A program made the translations under genes and the position numbers. From Candidatus Calditenuis fumarioli (GTDB lineage: Archaea > Thermoproteota > Nitrososphaeria_A > Caldarchaeales > Calditenuaceae), in assembly GCA_030059665.1 (NCBI GenBank), contig JANVYR010000001.1, forward strand, positions 544,001 to 608,000: DNA of 64,000 nt, in the 5' to 3' direction. A model generated the notes under the pieces. That model was not told the origin of the DNA. It made no database searches and was given only the letters and a program-made list of their open reading frames with translations. Of the stretch, positions 9,720-19,576 are shown in pieces. Positions within the stretch are counted from its first letter, which is position 1; every line of letters starts with the position of its first letter.

Positions 9720-10919
9720 TTGCTGCAATCTGTCCTCTCGGAGCGGATGGTCCGGCTGATCAGGTTCTTCGCGCCGAGGGGAATCAGAGTATCGAGGGCG
9801 ATGGGCCAGTACGTCTGGGACACGGATGGCAGGAGGTACCTGGACTTCCACACCGGCAACGGTGCGGCCTTCCTCGGTCACCTCAACCCCCACGTGGTGA
9901 GGAGGTTGAGGGAGCAGTTGGACCGCGTCACGGTCCTGCCGCCGCTCTACGACAGCGACGCCCTCGACGAGGCCCTCTCCGCGCTCGGAAGGGTGCTCCC
10001 TCCGCACCTGGGGAACGTCTTCTTCCAGAACTCCGGGAGCGAGGCGGTTGAGCTGGCCCTGAAGCTGGCGAGGAAGAGGACGAGGAGGAGGAGGAAGGCG
10101 GTAGCCTTCACCGGCTCCTTCCACGGAAGGACGTTCGGTGCGCTCTCGGTCACCTTCAACAGGTCCTACAGGGAAGGTTACGAGCCGTTCCCCTTCGAGG
10201 TCGATTTCCTGCCCTTCAACTCGATCGATGACCTGCGGAGGATCGGGGAGGACGTGGCCGCCGCGATCGTCGAGCCAGTTCAGGGAGAGGGAGGCCTCAC
10301 GCCGGCGACCGAGGAGTTCCTGAGGGAGCTGGAGAGGAGGTGCAGGGAGGTGGGAGCGTACCTGATCGTCGACGAGGTCCAGTCAGGCTTCGGTAGGACC
10401 GGTCTCGTCTGGGACCACATGAGGGCGAACTTGAGGCCCGACGTCCTCGTGGCGGGGAAGTCGATCGGCGGAGGATTCCCCGTGAGCCTGGTGGCGGTGA
10501 CCGACGAGATAGCGTCGAGGGTGGAGGACGGAGAGCACGGCTCCACTCACGGAGGCAACCCGCTTGCGCTGGCTGCGGTGACCGGCGGCGTCGAGGCCCT
10601 CATCTCTGACGACGTGCCCTCGAAGGCGAGGGCCGCGGCGGAGCTGCTCATGTCCGGACTGAGGGAGATCGCTTCGGAGAACGGCCAGGTCGTCAGGTCG
10701 GTGAAGGGGAGGGGGCTGATGTTGGGCCTGGAGCTCCGGTTCAACCCCGCACAAGCGATCAGGGACCTGCAGACTCGTGGACTACTGGCGCTGAGGGCCG
10801 GCACGACCGTCCTGAGGTTCCTCCCGCCCTACCTGATCACGCCTGAGGACGTCGAGTGGGCAACGGCGCAGATCTCCGGGTCCCTGACCTCCCTCGGGTC
10901 CTCGAAGCCGTCCGGTTAG
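9720..10919 (+). CDS. lysJ: class III aminotransferase, LysJ/ArgD type
   Basis: YLDFHTG, NSGSEAVE, SFHGRT, EPVQGEGG, DEVQSGFGRTG, GKSIGGG, HGSTHGGNP; start may be the ATG about 9 codons downstream. Confidence 0.8.
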   Translation: MLQSVLSERMVRLIRFFAPRGIRVSRAMGQYVWDTDGRRYLDFHTGNGAAFLGHLNPHVVRRLREQLDRVTVLPPLYDSDALDEALSALGRVLPPHLGNVFFQNSGSEAVELALKLARKRTRRRRKAVAFTGSFHGRTFGALSVTFNRSYREGYEPFPFEVDFLPFNSIDDLRRIGEDVAAAIVEPVQGEGGLTPATEEFLRELERRCREVGAYLIVDEVQSGFGRTGLVWDHMRANLRPDVLVAGKSIGGGFPVSLVAVTDEIASRVEDGEHGSTHGGNPLALAAVTGGVEALISDDVPSKARAAAELLMSGLREIASENGQVVRSVKGRGLMLGLELRFNPAQAIRDLQTRGLLALRAGTTVLRFLPPYLITPEDVEWATAQISGSLTSLGSSKPSG

Positions 10920-11055
10920 AGGCGCGCTCCGCAGCGGGAGGCAGATGAGTCCTCCGCTCGTATCGGAGGGCCCTTCCTGGGTCGTTTCTCCGGCAAACCG
11001 CGGAGGTTCGAGCCCAAAAGAGCTTCAAGGAGGGGCGCGAGGATCTGCTCAGCGG

Positions 11056-11595
11056 ATGAAGAGCATCAAGGTCGTGATCGTCGGCCCGTTCAACGCAGGC
11101 AAGACCACACTGGTCAAAACACTCTCCGAGATCAGCATGACCCACGACGTCGAGGTCACCTCCCCCCAGGAGCGGGCCAAGAAGAGGACGACGACCGTCG
11201 GCATGGACTTCGGAATCGTCAACATCGGCGAGGGCTACGTCGTCAGGCTCTTCGGCTCGCCGGGACAGCCCAGGTTCTCATTCATGTGGAGGGTCTTCAT
11301 GCCCGGGACCGACGGCGTGATCTTCATGGTCGACTCTTCGGACAGGGAGGCGCTTCCGGAGGCGGCGAGGGAGTTCGCGAGGGCCAGGTCCACCTTCAGC
11401 GGCCTTCCGATGGTGGTGGCTGCGAACAAGCAGGACGTGCCCGATGCGATGCCCCCCGAAGTCGTGAGGTTCGTGCTCGACGTCCCCTCCACGGTGCCCG
11501 TGATACCGTGCGTAGCAACCGACAGGGGTATGGCCTGGAGGGTTTTGGGGACGCTTCTGGAGGAGGTCTTCCGGGTCAACAGGATTCAGGTCTGA
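11056..11595 (+). CDS. small GTPase, MglA/CvnD-like
   Basis: G1 GPFNAGKTT, G2 TTTVGMDFG, G3 FGSPGQPRF, G4 NKQD; ATG at 11056. Confidence 0.85.
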   Translation: MKSIKVVIVGPFNAGKTTLVKTLSEISMTHDVEVTSPQERAKKRTTTVGMDFGIVNIGEGYVVRLFGSPGQPRFSFMWRVFMPGTDGVIFMVDSSDREALPEAAREFARARSTFSGLPMVVAANKQDVPDAMPPEVVRFVLDVPSTVPVIPCVATDRGMAWRVLGTLLEEVFRVNRIQV

Positions 11596-11602
11596 CGGAC
11601 CC

Positions 11603-13525
11603 TCAGCTCCCAGAATCTCCCTGCTCCTGACCCGTCGCCTTTCGGGAGACCTTCAACTCGACGACCTCTCCGACGCCGTACGGAACCAGCGCGACCAGCT
11701 GGGATGCGACATCCTCGTCTGGCCTCGTGCCCCACGCCCTCTCCACCTCCCTAAGGAGCTCCGCCACCAGCTCCCTCGCTGGCTTCCGGCCGGGACGGAG
11801 AACGAGGTAGGCGTCCGCGACGGACCTCACGTAGTCCGGGTGGCCTGAGACTACACGACCGTCACCGGTCAGACCTATCGCGAGTTTGAGCTCCGCGATC
11901 AGGTAGTTCTTCGGAGGCTTGACGACGAAGGAGCCCTTCTCGAGGTAGGTCCCGGGAGGAGGGGTGAAGGAGACCTGTTCTGGCCTCACGTAGTAGACCG
12001 ATACGCTCCCGAGGCCCTCCCGCCAGGCCCTGCTGTAGGAGGCGCAGAAGGTCGCGGCCTGGACGACGTCCGACTCTTCGGATGCCCCTCCCTTCAGGAG
12101 CACGGCCGGTGATCCCCGGACCTCCGCGTGGAAGACCAGGTCCCCGGGCTCCATGTGTTTCTTCAGGAGCCTGACGTTGGATGAGGCGTCCCTCCCGGCG
12201 ACGACGAGCTTCCCCGATGTGGTGAAGGTCCACCGGTAGGACTCGTACCACTGCTTGGGCCTGGAAGGTCTGAACGCCACTGGCTTCGGTGCCTCGGCCC
12301 TCGTCGCCTCGCGCCTGACCCTCTCGATCTCCCTCCTCAGCGCCTCGGCCTCCGAGAGGACGTTCCTCCTCGCCTCCTCCAGCCCCTTCGCTTTGTCGAA
12401 GATCGATGAGACCTGCCGCGTCACGGGCTCGGAGAGGCCCATCAGGAGCTTGCGGCCGCAGACGTCCACCTCCAACGCGTTCCCCTTCACCTCGGCCCTC
12501 AGCGTTCCGAGATCGATCGATCCGGACCTGCTCAGCCTGAGCCTCTCCAGCTCAGCTGCATTTGTGAAGATAGCCTGAGCGGCCCTTCTCAGCTCCTCCG
12601 CCTCCCGACCCAGCGAGGCCGCTAGCGCGAGCTTCTCCTCCAGCTCCCTCTCCATCCTCCTCGCCTTCTCCTCGGCCTCCCTCGCCTTCGCGGACCTGCT
12701 CAGGTGCTCCACCGCGAGCCTCAGGTACTCAAGAACGGCCTCGTTCACCCCCTCGAACTCCCTCACCTCCACCGCCTCGAACTCGAGGTGCGTCAGCCTG
12801 ACCAGCGATAGCTCGACCCTTCCGGTGAGCAGGTAGATCCTAGGCCTCCCGGACCTGGCCTCCTCCAGGAGCCTCCCCAGCGTGGCCCTCAGTCCCTCGA
12901 GCTGCTCCTCCGTCAGGTCGCCGATCCTCACGTCGCCTCTCAGCCCGGACCTGTGGAGGGCCTCGTTGGCGTACTTCGGCGCGATGCCCAGCTCCCTCAC
13001 CAGCACCGAACCCAACTTCTTCGACGGCCCGGCGGACCTGACCTCCCCCAGCGACGGCATGCCCTTGACCTCCTTGGAAACGCATGGGCCCGTCAGACCC
13101 TCTCCGGACTTCAGGGGCGGGTGCGCCGCGAGCACCTGTCCCTCAGTACCTCCGAGAAGCAGTAGCCTGCCGCCGGGGTAGAGCTCGCAGCAGAGCCTCA
13201 GGCCTCCCTCGAATCCCATCGAGATCGCCCTCTCGCCCCTGAAGGGTTCGAGGCTCGTCAGGGTCCTTCCCCTGAGGTGCTCCCTGAGGGCCCTGCAGAA
13301 GCCGTCCGGTTCGGCCCTCTCCTCGAACGTCCCCTTGACCAGCACCAACAACGATTCGGGCACGAGCTGGAGCTCCCAGCTGATCCCCTCCCCCCTCAGC
13401 CTGATCGTGTAGGACCCGTCGGGAAGGAGGTAGGCGTTCTGGACCCTCGAGCCGACGACCTGGGGAGCGATCTCCGCTGAGAGCCGTTCGATCTCGATGC
13501 TGGAGAGCTGGACCCGCACGACCAC
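11603..13525 (-). CDS. rqcH: ribosome quality-control protein Rqc2/NEMF (NFACT family)
   Basis: NFACT-N (LREHLRGR, ERAI), coiled coil, then WYESYRW, AGRDASSN, FHAEVRGSP, YSRAW and GSFVV (NFACT-R/C). Confidence 0.9.
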   Translation of the reverse strand: MVVRVQLSSIEIERLSAEIAPQVVGSRVQNAYLLPDGSYTIRLRGEGISWELQLVPESLLVLVKGTFEERAEPDGFCRALREHLRGRTLTSLEPFRGERAISMGFEGGLRLCCELYPGGRLLLLGGTEGQVLAAHPPLKSGEGLTGPCVSKEVKGMPSLGEVRSAGPSKKLGSVLVRELGIAPKYANEALHRSGLRGDVRIGDLTEEQLEGLRATLGRLLEEARSGRPRIYLLTGRVELSLVRLTHLEFEAVEVREFEGVNEAVLEYLRLAVEHLSRSAKAREAEEKARRMERELEEKLALAASLGREAEELRRAAQAIFTNAAELERLRLSRSGSIDLGTLRAEVKGNALEVDVCGRKLLMGLSEPVTRQVSSIFDKAKGLEEARRNVLSEAEALRREIERVRREATRAEAPKPVAFRPSRPKQWYESYRWTFTTSGKLVVAGRDASSNVRLLKKHMEPGDLVFHAEVRGSPAVLLKGGASEESDVVQAATFCASYSRAWREGLGSVSVYYVRPEQVSFTPPPGTYLEKGSFVVKPPKNYLIAELKLAIGLTGDGRVVSGHPDYVRSVADAYLVLRPGRKPARELVAELLREVERAWGTRPDEDVASQLVALVPYGVGEVVELKVSRKATGQEQGDSGS

Positions 13526-13540
13526 GTCCGCGGCCTTGCT

Positions 13541-14770
13541 CTACCTGTCCCACTCCACAGGCCAGAAGTTGTGGCTCCAGTAGATCACCGGTATGTCCGC
13601 CAACCTCTTACCGCGTGCGAGGTTAGGAAGCAGGATCAGGTTCCTGAAGGAAGGCGTCAGGATCCTCACGCGGTAGGGCCTGTCCGCTGCATCGGACCTG
13701 ATGTAGTAGGCGCACTCGCCGTGGGCCGCCTCCACCCTCGCGAAGGCCTCGCCGGCGGGGACCCTCAGGTTGATCGGGTGCTGCTTGTTCTTGACCGGGC
13801 CCTCCGGCATCATCTCGATGGCCTGCCGGATGATGTTGACGCTCTGGAGCATCTCCTCGTACGCGATCCACGCCCTGGCGTAGGCGTCCCCCTCGGTCCT
13901 CACGGGTACCTCGAACCTGAACCTGTCGTAGGCGTCGTAGGGCTCGTCGATCCTGACGTCCCGCTTGAAGCCGGAGGCCCTCAGGCTGACCCCGACCGCT
14001 CCGAGCTCAGCTGCCATCTCCCTGGTCAGCACGCCCACGCCCCTGGTCCTGTCGATGAAGATCGAGTTCTCCAGTATCAGGTCCCTGTAGTGCTGGAGGC
14101 GGGCCTCGAGGAAGTCCATCACCCTCAGCACGTACTTCGGGAAGTCGTCCGTCAGCTCTCCCTCGGCCGGTGACCTGCCGGTAGCGTCCCTGTACCAGGC
14201 CCTGAACCGCTTCACCAGCTCGCCCGGTACCTTCTTCGGGACGTCGTTCCTCACACCTCCGGGGACGAAGTAGGAATGTGTGATCCGCTGACCTCCGATG
14301 AACTGGACGAGGTCCACCACGAACTCCCGGTCGCCGAAGCACCAGAGGAAGGGCGTTGTCAGGCCTAGGAAGACGCCGTACAGCGCGAAGTAGTAGAAGT
14401 GGCTGCCGATCCTGTTCAGCTCCGCGACGAGCGGCCTGATGAACTTGGCCCTCTCCGGGATCTCGACGCCAATCAGCCTCTCCACCGCCAGGCAATATGG
14501 GTAGATCAGGCCGGCCGAGTCCAGGATCGCGGGGCGCTCGAGGTGGGGTATGTTGGTGATCCAGGTCTTCTGCTCGCACATCTTCTCCTCTCCCCTGTGG
14601 ACGTACCCGGGATCAGGGTCGAGGTCGATCACGGTATCGCCTAGGACGCGGACGATCATCCTGAAGTGCCCGGTGCCTGGGTGCTGGGGACCGTAGGAGA
14701 ACGCCAGGCCCTCGCCGGCCTCCCAGATCGAGATCTCCTTGACCTCGGCATCCTCAGCCATCGGCCCCAC
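13541..14770 (-). CDS. nuoD: NADH-quinone oxidoreductase subunit D
   Basis: GPQHPG, GYVHRGEEK, ELNRIGSH, LRASG, EAAHGE, RPYRVRILTPSF; lacks the NiFe CxxC motifs. Confidence 0.9.
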   Translation of the reverse strand: MGPMAEDAEVKEISIWEAGEGLAFSYGPQHPGTGHFRMIVRVLGDTVIDLDPDPGYVHRGEEKMCEQKTWITNIPHLERPAILDSAGLIYPYCLAVERLIGVEIPERAKFIRPLVAELNRIGSHFYYFALYGVFLGLTTPFLWCFGDREFVVDLVQFIGGQRITHSYFVPGGVRNDVPKKVPGELVKRFRAWYRDATGRSPAEGELTDDFPKYVLRVMDFLEARLQHYRDLILENSIFIDRTRGVGVLTREMAAELGAVGVSLRASGFKRDVRIDEPYDAYDRFRFEVPVRTEGDAYARAWIAYEEMLQSVNIIRQAIEMMPEGPVKNKQHPINLRVPAGEAFARVEAAHGECAYYIRSDAADRPYRVRILTPSFRNLILLPNLARGKRLADIPVIYWSHNFWPVEWDR

Positions 14771-15022
14771 TTCCCTCTCGCCGAATATATAACCGCCTTT
14801 TCACGAGGCGGTGTTGCGTGCTGCGGTGGCTCCCAGCGGCAACGGAACCGAGACCTTACCCGTCTCCTTCACCGGCGAGCTCGCCCTCGCAGCGAAGGGG
14901 GACCGCTCGCGATCCGCGCGTCCCAACCTCCTCGAGACGAGTTGGAGGTTCCGTAGAACTGTTCTGCTTCAGGGCCGCATCAGATTTTTTAGTAATGGCT
15001 CGAGAGCTCGGAGGGAGAGAAG

Positions 15023-15469
15023 ATGGCGAGGATGCACGCGAGGAAGCGGGGTAAGTCCGGATCCAAGAGGCCCCTGGCGAAGACTCCGCCGAGCTGGCTG
15101 ACGGTCACACCTCAGGAGGTGGAGGAGCTCGTGGTCAGCTACGCGAAGGCCGGGATGACGCCCAGCATGATAGGCGTTGTCCTCAGGGACCAGCACGGCA
15201 TACCCCTGGTCAAGGCGGTGACGGGCAAGTCGATCACGCAGATCCTCGCGGAGAGGGGGCTCCTTCCTGAGATACCGGAGGACCTGATGCACCTCATCGA
15301 GCGGGCGAGGAGGATGCACGTCCACCTCCAGCGACACAGATCTGACCGCTACAACAGGCACAGGCTCCAGCTCCTCGAGGCCAAGATCCACAGGCTGGTG
15401 AAGTACTACAAGCGCGTCGGCAAGGTCCCGAAGGACTTCCAGTTCAGGACGCTGTACACCTACGCCTGA
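15023..15469 (+). CDS. rps15: 30S ribosomal protein S15 (uS15/S13e)
   Basis: MARMHARKRGKSGSKRP, IGVVLRDQHGIP, EAKIHRLVKYYK. Confidence 0.97.
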   Translation: MARMHARKRGKSGSKRPLAKTPPSWLTVTPQEVEELVVSYAKAGMTPSMIGVVLRDQHGIPLVKAVTGKSITQILAERGLLPEIPEDLMHLIERARRMHVHLQRHRSDRYNRHRLQLLEAKIHRLVKYYKRVGKVPKDFQFRTLYTYA

Positions 15470-15480
15470 TCCGATGAACT

Positions 15481-15657
15481 ATGTCCTCCCGTACGACCGA
15501 GAGGGGCATCGCGTACGCCCTGCTCGGTGCGGTGCTGCTGCTGGTGGGCATCGCGGTGAGCTGGCGCCTCCTCGTGGAGCTCATCGGCCTGCTGGTGGCA
15601 GCGCTCGGCCTCTTCCTGCTGCTGAAGGGCATCGGTGACCTCCTGGGGAGATGGTAG
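15481..15657 (+). CDS. small membrane protein, 58 aa, two TM helices
   Basis: Manual translation MSSRTTERGIAYALLGAVLLLVGIAVSWRLLVELIGLLVAALGLFLLLKGIGDLLGRW; host-like codons; below the ORF-track length cutoff. Confidence 0.7.
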   Translation: MSSRTTERGIAYALLGAVLLLVGIAVSWRLLVELIGLLVAALGLFLLLKGIGDLLGRW

Positions 15658-16169
15658 CAAGCTTGCTGACCGTTCAACTGGATCAGCTCCTCCCCCTTGC
15701 GCAGCTTTTGGCGGGCCTTCTCCTGATTTTGGTCGGGAGGGGTCTGGTCAGGTTCGGCGCCTTCGTCGCGGCCGGCTCGATAGGGGCCTATCTGATCTGG
15801 TTTCTCATAGGCAGATCGCTCGGTGAGGTCGCATCGCTGGTCCTCTTGGTCCTAGGCTTCGTCGGGTTCGGGCTGCTGGGGCTCCTTCTGCTCCGGGTGG
15901 GCGTCGGCGTCGCATCGGGTGTCCTCGCGTACCTGATCGCTTCGGGCCTGGGGCTGCAGTGGTTCTACGCCCTCGCGGCCTCGCTGGTGGCGCTCGCGGT
16001 CGCACTGCTGTGGCACGAGCACGCCCTCGCGGTCCTTTCGGTCTCTGTGGGTGCTCTTCTAGTTCAGAGGGGACTCTCCTGGCATCAGATGGATCCCGGG
16101 ATCGTTGTCATGATCGTCGCAGCTCTGGTCGCCCTGGGGCTGACGGTCCAGCTGAGGCCGAGGAGGTGA
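15651..16169 (+). CDS. multi-pass membrane protein of unknown function
   Basis: 172 aa, almost entirely hydrophobic Gly/Ala/Leu helices. Confidence 0.7.
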   Translation: MVASLLTVQLDQLLPLAQLLAGLLLILVGRGLVRFGAFVAAGSIGAYLIWFLIGRSLGEVASLVLLVLGFVGFGLLGLLLLRVGVGVASGVLAYLIASGLGLQWFYALAASLVALAVALLWHEHALAVLSVSVGALLVQRGLSWHQMDPGIVVMIVAALVALGLTVQLRPRR

Positions 16170-16218
16170 ATCGCGTCCGACGACAAAGTTCATTGAGGCC
16201 TGTTGCTGTGAAAGGACG

Positions 16219-17103
16219 TTGATCGTGGTCAACCTCACCGGATACGACGTGGAGGTCTCGCAGGAAGGTGATCGTGCTTTCACGGTAACCGTCAGGTCCA
16301 AGAGAGAGGTCAGGGTCCGCGGCATCGAGACGGGAGTCGGACGGTGGAGCTTCGGCTACACGAGCAGCCGGCACGGCAAACGGTGGAACGTGGGCTTCGA
16401 GATGATCAGCGTCCACGGACGTGTGGGGGACCAAAGTAAAACAAGGGAGGTCGAGGTGAGGCTGATCGGTGATCGTCCCTCATCGGGCTTCGTGGTGAAG
16501 GATGACCTGCGCGGGTTCCTTTACTGTACCGCCGCTAGGGCGGACATCGCCGGAGCCTTCGACGTCCACGTGTGCCTCTTCGCTCCAGCGCCGTCGCCAC
16601 CTCAGGTGCAGGCGGAGAAGTCGATGCTGACCGCCAGCTCTGACGGCTCCTTCGCGATCGCGTACCTCCAACCATCCGGGTCTGGACTCGAGGTCTCGGT
16701 CACGTGCAGCGGTGAGGGCGTAAGGTCTGCCCGACTGGAGCTCGAGAGGTCAGGTTCCTTCAAGCTCGGATTCTTGAACGAGCTGAAATCGGTCGAGAGG
16801 TTGGTGACGGTGCTTCCAGGTCAGAGCTCCAAGGTCACCTGGTCTCCCGCGAACGGGCCAGCGGATCCCGTGTTGCTCGTCACAACGATCAACGACGCCT
16901 TAGACCAGAGGAAGTTCCAGAAGTTCCTGAGCGCCATCGGGTGCAGGGTGCGCGCCGGCCTCTTCGGAGGCATGATCCCTGAGTTCGGGGACGTCTTCGT
17001 GATGGGCGACCATGAGCCCGTGAGGCACGTGATGCGATTGGTGCTGGATTTGCCTTGGAAGGTCGACGTGAAGGAAAGCGCGGAGCTGCAGGTCATCGGA
17101 TGA
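16219..17103 (+). CDS. hypothetical protein (beta-rich)
   Basis: 294-aa ORF with host-like codon usage; no motif recognised. Confidence 0.6.
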   Translation: MIVVNLTGYDVEVSQEGDRAFTVTVRSKREVRVRGIETGVGRWSFGYTSSRHGKRWNVGFEMISVHGRVGDQSKTREVEVRLIGDRPSSGFVVKDDLRGFLYCTAARADIAGAFDVHVCLFAPAPSPPQVQAEKSMLTASSDGSFAIAYLQPSGSGLEVSVTCSGEGVRSARLELERSGSFKLGFLNELKSVERLVTVLPGQSSKVTWSPANGPADPVLLVTTINDALDQRKFQKFLSAIGCRVRAGLFGGMIPEFGDVFVMGDHEPVRHVMRLVLDLPWKVDVKESAELQVIG

Positions 17104-17246
17104 GGAGTTCGAGCGGCCCATGGCTTCGGGCTACCGCCCGTTCCGCTCGATGCACCAACGGTCAGGACCCGCCTCATCCGTCGGTCGGTTCTGATGTGCC
17201 GCGGATCATGGTTAAATGTCGCACCGTTGTGCAATTAGTGGCAGTC

Positions 17247-17318
17247 GGGCCGGTAGATCAGTGGTAGATCGCCCGCTTGGCGTGCGGGAGGTCGGGGGTT
17301 CAAATCCCCCCCGGTCCA
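17247..17318 (+). tRNA. tRNA-Ala(GGC)
   Basis: GGGCCGG/CCGGTCC acceptor stem, CCCGC-TTGGCGT-GCGGG anticodon arm, GGGGG-TTCAAAT-CCCCC T arm. Confidence 0.95.
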
Positions 17319-17407
17319 GAAATTAATCGTGTAATCGCAGTAGCCTCCTATGTGTCGCTTACAATTTCTACTGTGGTTAATGCTAAGAGATTTGGTGATA
17401 GCGCTGG

Positions 17408-18325
17408 TCAGCTCCTCATTTCTAAGCCGTCGGTGGTTTTGATCTGCACGAGGACCTCCTCGATGCCCTTCTTCAGACGATCCAGCTCGTCCCCCGTAAG
17501 CTGCCTGACGGGTTCCGGAGGCGGCCCGAGGTCAATGCCCCTGATCCTGAGCGCGGACCGCTGGGTCTCGAACTCAACGCCCAATCCCTCCAATAGCGAT
17601 GAGGCCCTGTTCACGAGCCGTTGGTACCTGAACCCCTCCTCGATCCTCCCCTCCCTGATCGACCGGTACACTCCCACCACGACCTCCGGGAAGACGCCCG
17701 CGACGCCGCTGACGGTGGCGTTGGCGCCGATCAGGAATCCGTAAGCGATGAGTTCGTCGCTGCCGATCGCGATGAAACGCTTGTCCCTGAACTCGGAAAC
17801 GAGCTCAAGCGCGAGAGCAGGATCTCCGCTGCTGTCCTTGATGCCCTTCACGTTACCCAGCTCTCCCAGAACCCTCGAGATGATCCTGAAGCTGAGGCTG
17901 TAACCCTGCCTCGACGGGATGTTGTACAGGACCACCGGGATCGATGACGTCTCCGAGAGCTCGGCGTAGAACCTGAAGAGCGTCTCCTCGTCGGGCCTGT
18001 AGTAAAACGGGGCCACCGCGGCAGCCGCGGTAGCGCCTATGTCGTTCGCGTGCCTGAGAAGCTCCTTCACCGTCTCCATATCCGATGCGCCGACGTGAAC
18101 GATCGCCACCTCGCCCGTCTCCAGGTTGCCGACGAACTTCTCGGCGACGCGCTTCCTGTGCTCGACCCCGTGCCTCGGCCCCTCTCCCCAGGTACCCAGG
18201 ACGTAGTAGCCCCTGACTCCTCTACCTCTCAAGAACTCCATGTACGACGGTATCGCGTTCTCGTGGCCTCTGGAAGGCGTGATCGTCGACGCGATTACCC
18301 CCTCGAACCTGATCAGGTCTGCCAT
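17408..18325 (-). CDS. dihydrodipicolinate synthase/KDG aldolase family protein
   Basis: LGTWGEG, PFYY, VLYNIP, Schiff-base Lys in GIKDSSG. Confidence 0.88.
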   Translation of the reverse strand: MADLIRFEGVIASTITPSRGHENAIPSYMEFLRGRGVRGYYVLGTWGEGPRHGVEHRKRVAEKFVGNLETGEVAIVHVGASDMETVKELLRHANDIGATAAAAVAPFYYRPDEETLFRFYAELSETSSIPVVLYNIPSRQGYSLSFRIISRVLGELGNVKGIKDSSGDPALALELVSEFRDKRFIAIGSDELIAYGFLIGANATVSGVAGVFPEVVVGVYRSIREGRIEEGFRYQRLVNRASSLLEGLGVEFETQRSALRIRGIDLGPPPEPVRQLTGDELDRLKKGIEEVLVQIKTTDGLEMRS

Positions 18326-18561
18326 CGGAGCTGCAGCAGTTCACCTTAGGTTATCCTTTTCCCTCTTCGTGCAGAACTTCGGCGTGAGCCGAACGCTAAG
18401 GGCGTCGGAAGGCCCTTTCTAAGGGACCGGAGTTCCAGGTGGCACGGCCAGTACGGCATCGACATATCCGATATATACAACGTCGTTCTCCCGAGGAGGA
18501 GGACTGTGCGGAGCGAGGGAAGGTGGGCCGGTTGGCGACGCAGAGGGAGCGGTTAGAGCTG

Positions 18562-19038
18562 ATGAGGCAGGGCATCATCAGGGGTGCGATAATCCCCAAG
18601 CTCGAGGCGGACGGCTTCATGGTCTCCAGCTGGAAGCGGCCCGTATCGTTGGAGGACATGGAGCTCCGGGAGGACGGGTGGGTTCCTTACTACACCCAAT
18701 ACACGACGTGGGAGACGTACAAGAGGGAGGAGCCTTTACACCTCTTCTTCAACACCTTCTACGGCGACGTCTACGAGAGAGCGTACAGGCACTGCTTCGT
18801 GGAGTACCTCCTCCCCATCAAGTCTTCCAGGATACCGATGGCGCTCGTGGGGACCTTCAGCCGCCTCAACCTCAAAGACGGTGGCCACATCTGGAAGCAC
18901 AGGATCATGGTGGACATCTCAGACCCTGACGTCGCGATCACCGAGATCGAGAAGGTCTACGACGAGCTCCTTCTGGCGCTGATCGAGGCCGGCCTGGTCA
19001 AGGTCGTCGAGGACAAGGAGAGGAAAGGCGGTAGGTGA
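18562..19038 (+). CDS. hypothetical protein
   Basis: ATG at 18562 preferred; typical codon usage, aromatic-rich, no recognised motif. Confidence 0.6.
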   Translation: MRQGIIRGAIIPKLEADGFMVSSWKRPVSLEDMELREDGWVPYYTQYTTWETYKREEPLHLFFNTFYGDVYERAYRHCFVEYLLPIKSSRIPMALVGTFSRLNLKDGGHIWKHRIMVDISDPDVAITEIEKVYDELLLALIEAGLVKVVEDKERKGGR

Positions 19039-19112
19039 TCGGGAAGCGTCGGTCTTCGATGCACCAGCGATTGGAGGGATAAAACGAAGAAGGTTTTTGG
19101 TGATACGCCAGC

Positions 19113-19295
19113 TCAGACTCTGCGTATCGCCGCCTCTATCTTCGACCTGATCTCGGATGGGATCTCGGTGAGATTGTGGGCACGCCTTGCGTGGACCGCG
19201 ATCATCTCAAGGGCCTCCTCCTTGCTTCCGGCGCCCCTGATCTCGAATCCGCAGTCCATCCCGACGTCCTTGCACCTGAACTCGTAGCGAGGCAT
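19113..19295 (-). CDS. DUF1059-family small metal-binding protein
   Basis: FRCKDVGMDCGF...HARRAH. Confidence 0.85.
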   Translation of the reverse strand: MPRYEFRCKDVGMDCGFEIRGAGSKEEALEMIAVHARRAHNLTEIPSEIRSKIEAAIRRV

Positions 19296-19576
19296 CTCGC
19301 ATCGAGTTGTGCGTCCCTCACCGACAAGCTTTCCGGGATGACCTGATGTGGAGTGTGGTGGCCCGACGGTTCGCGGTCGAGCACCGCTCGCAAACCGAGC
19401 TTCAGGCGGTCAAGAGGGCCCTCATGAGTCCCAGCCGGACCACGTTAGATGCGGCTACTTCTACATGGTGTGATGCGTTCGTGGGATGGTCTCTCTGAGG
19501 TCTCGCGTTCCAGCCGATGGTTCTCCGCAAAACTAAACGATATGTGTTGGATGGGTGGAGCAAAATCCGGTCAGCC

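Noticed and set aside
17110-17150. TCGAGCGG...CCGCTCGA stem after the hypothetical gene
   Set aside because: A single 8-bp GC stem with no recognisable RNA family motif.
19300-19516. Possible C/D-box sRNA (GTGATG...CTGA)
   Set aside because: Imperfect C box, spacing too short, no C'/D' boxes.
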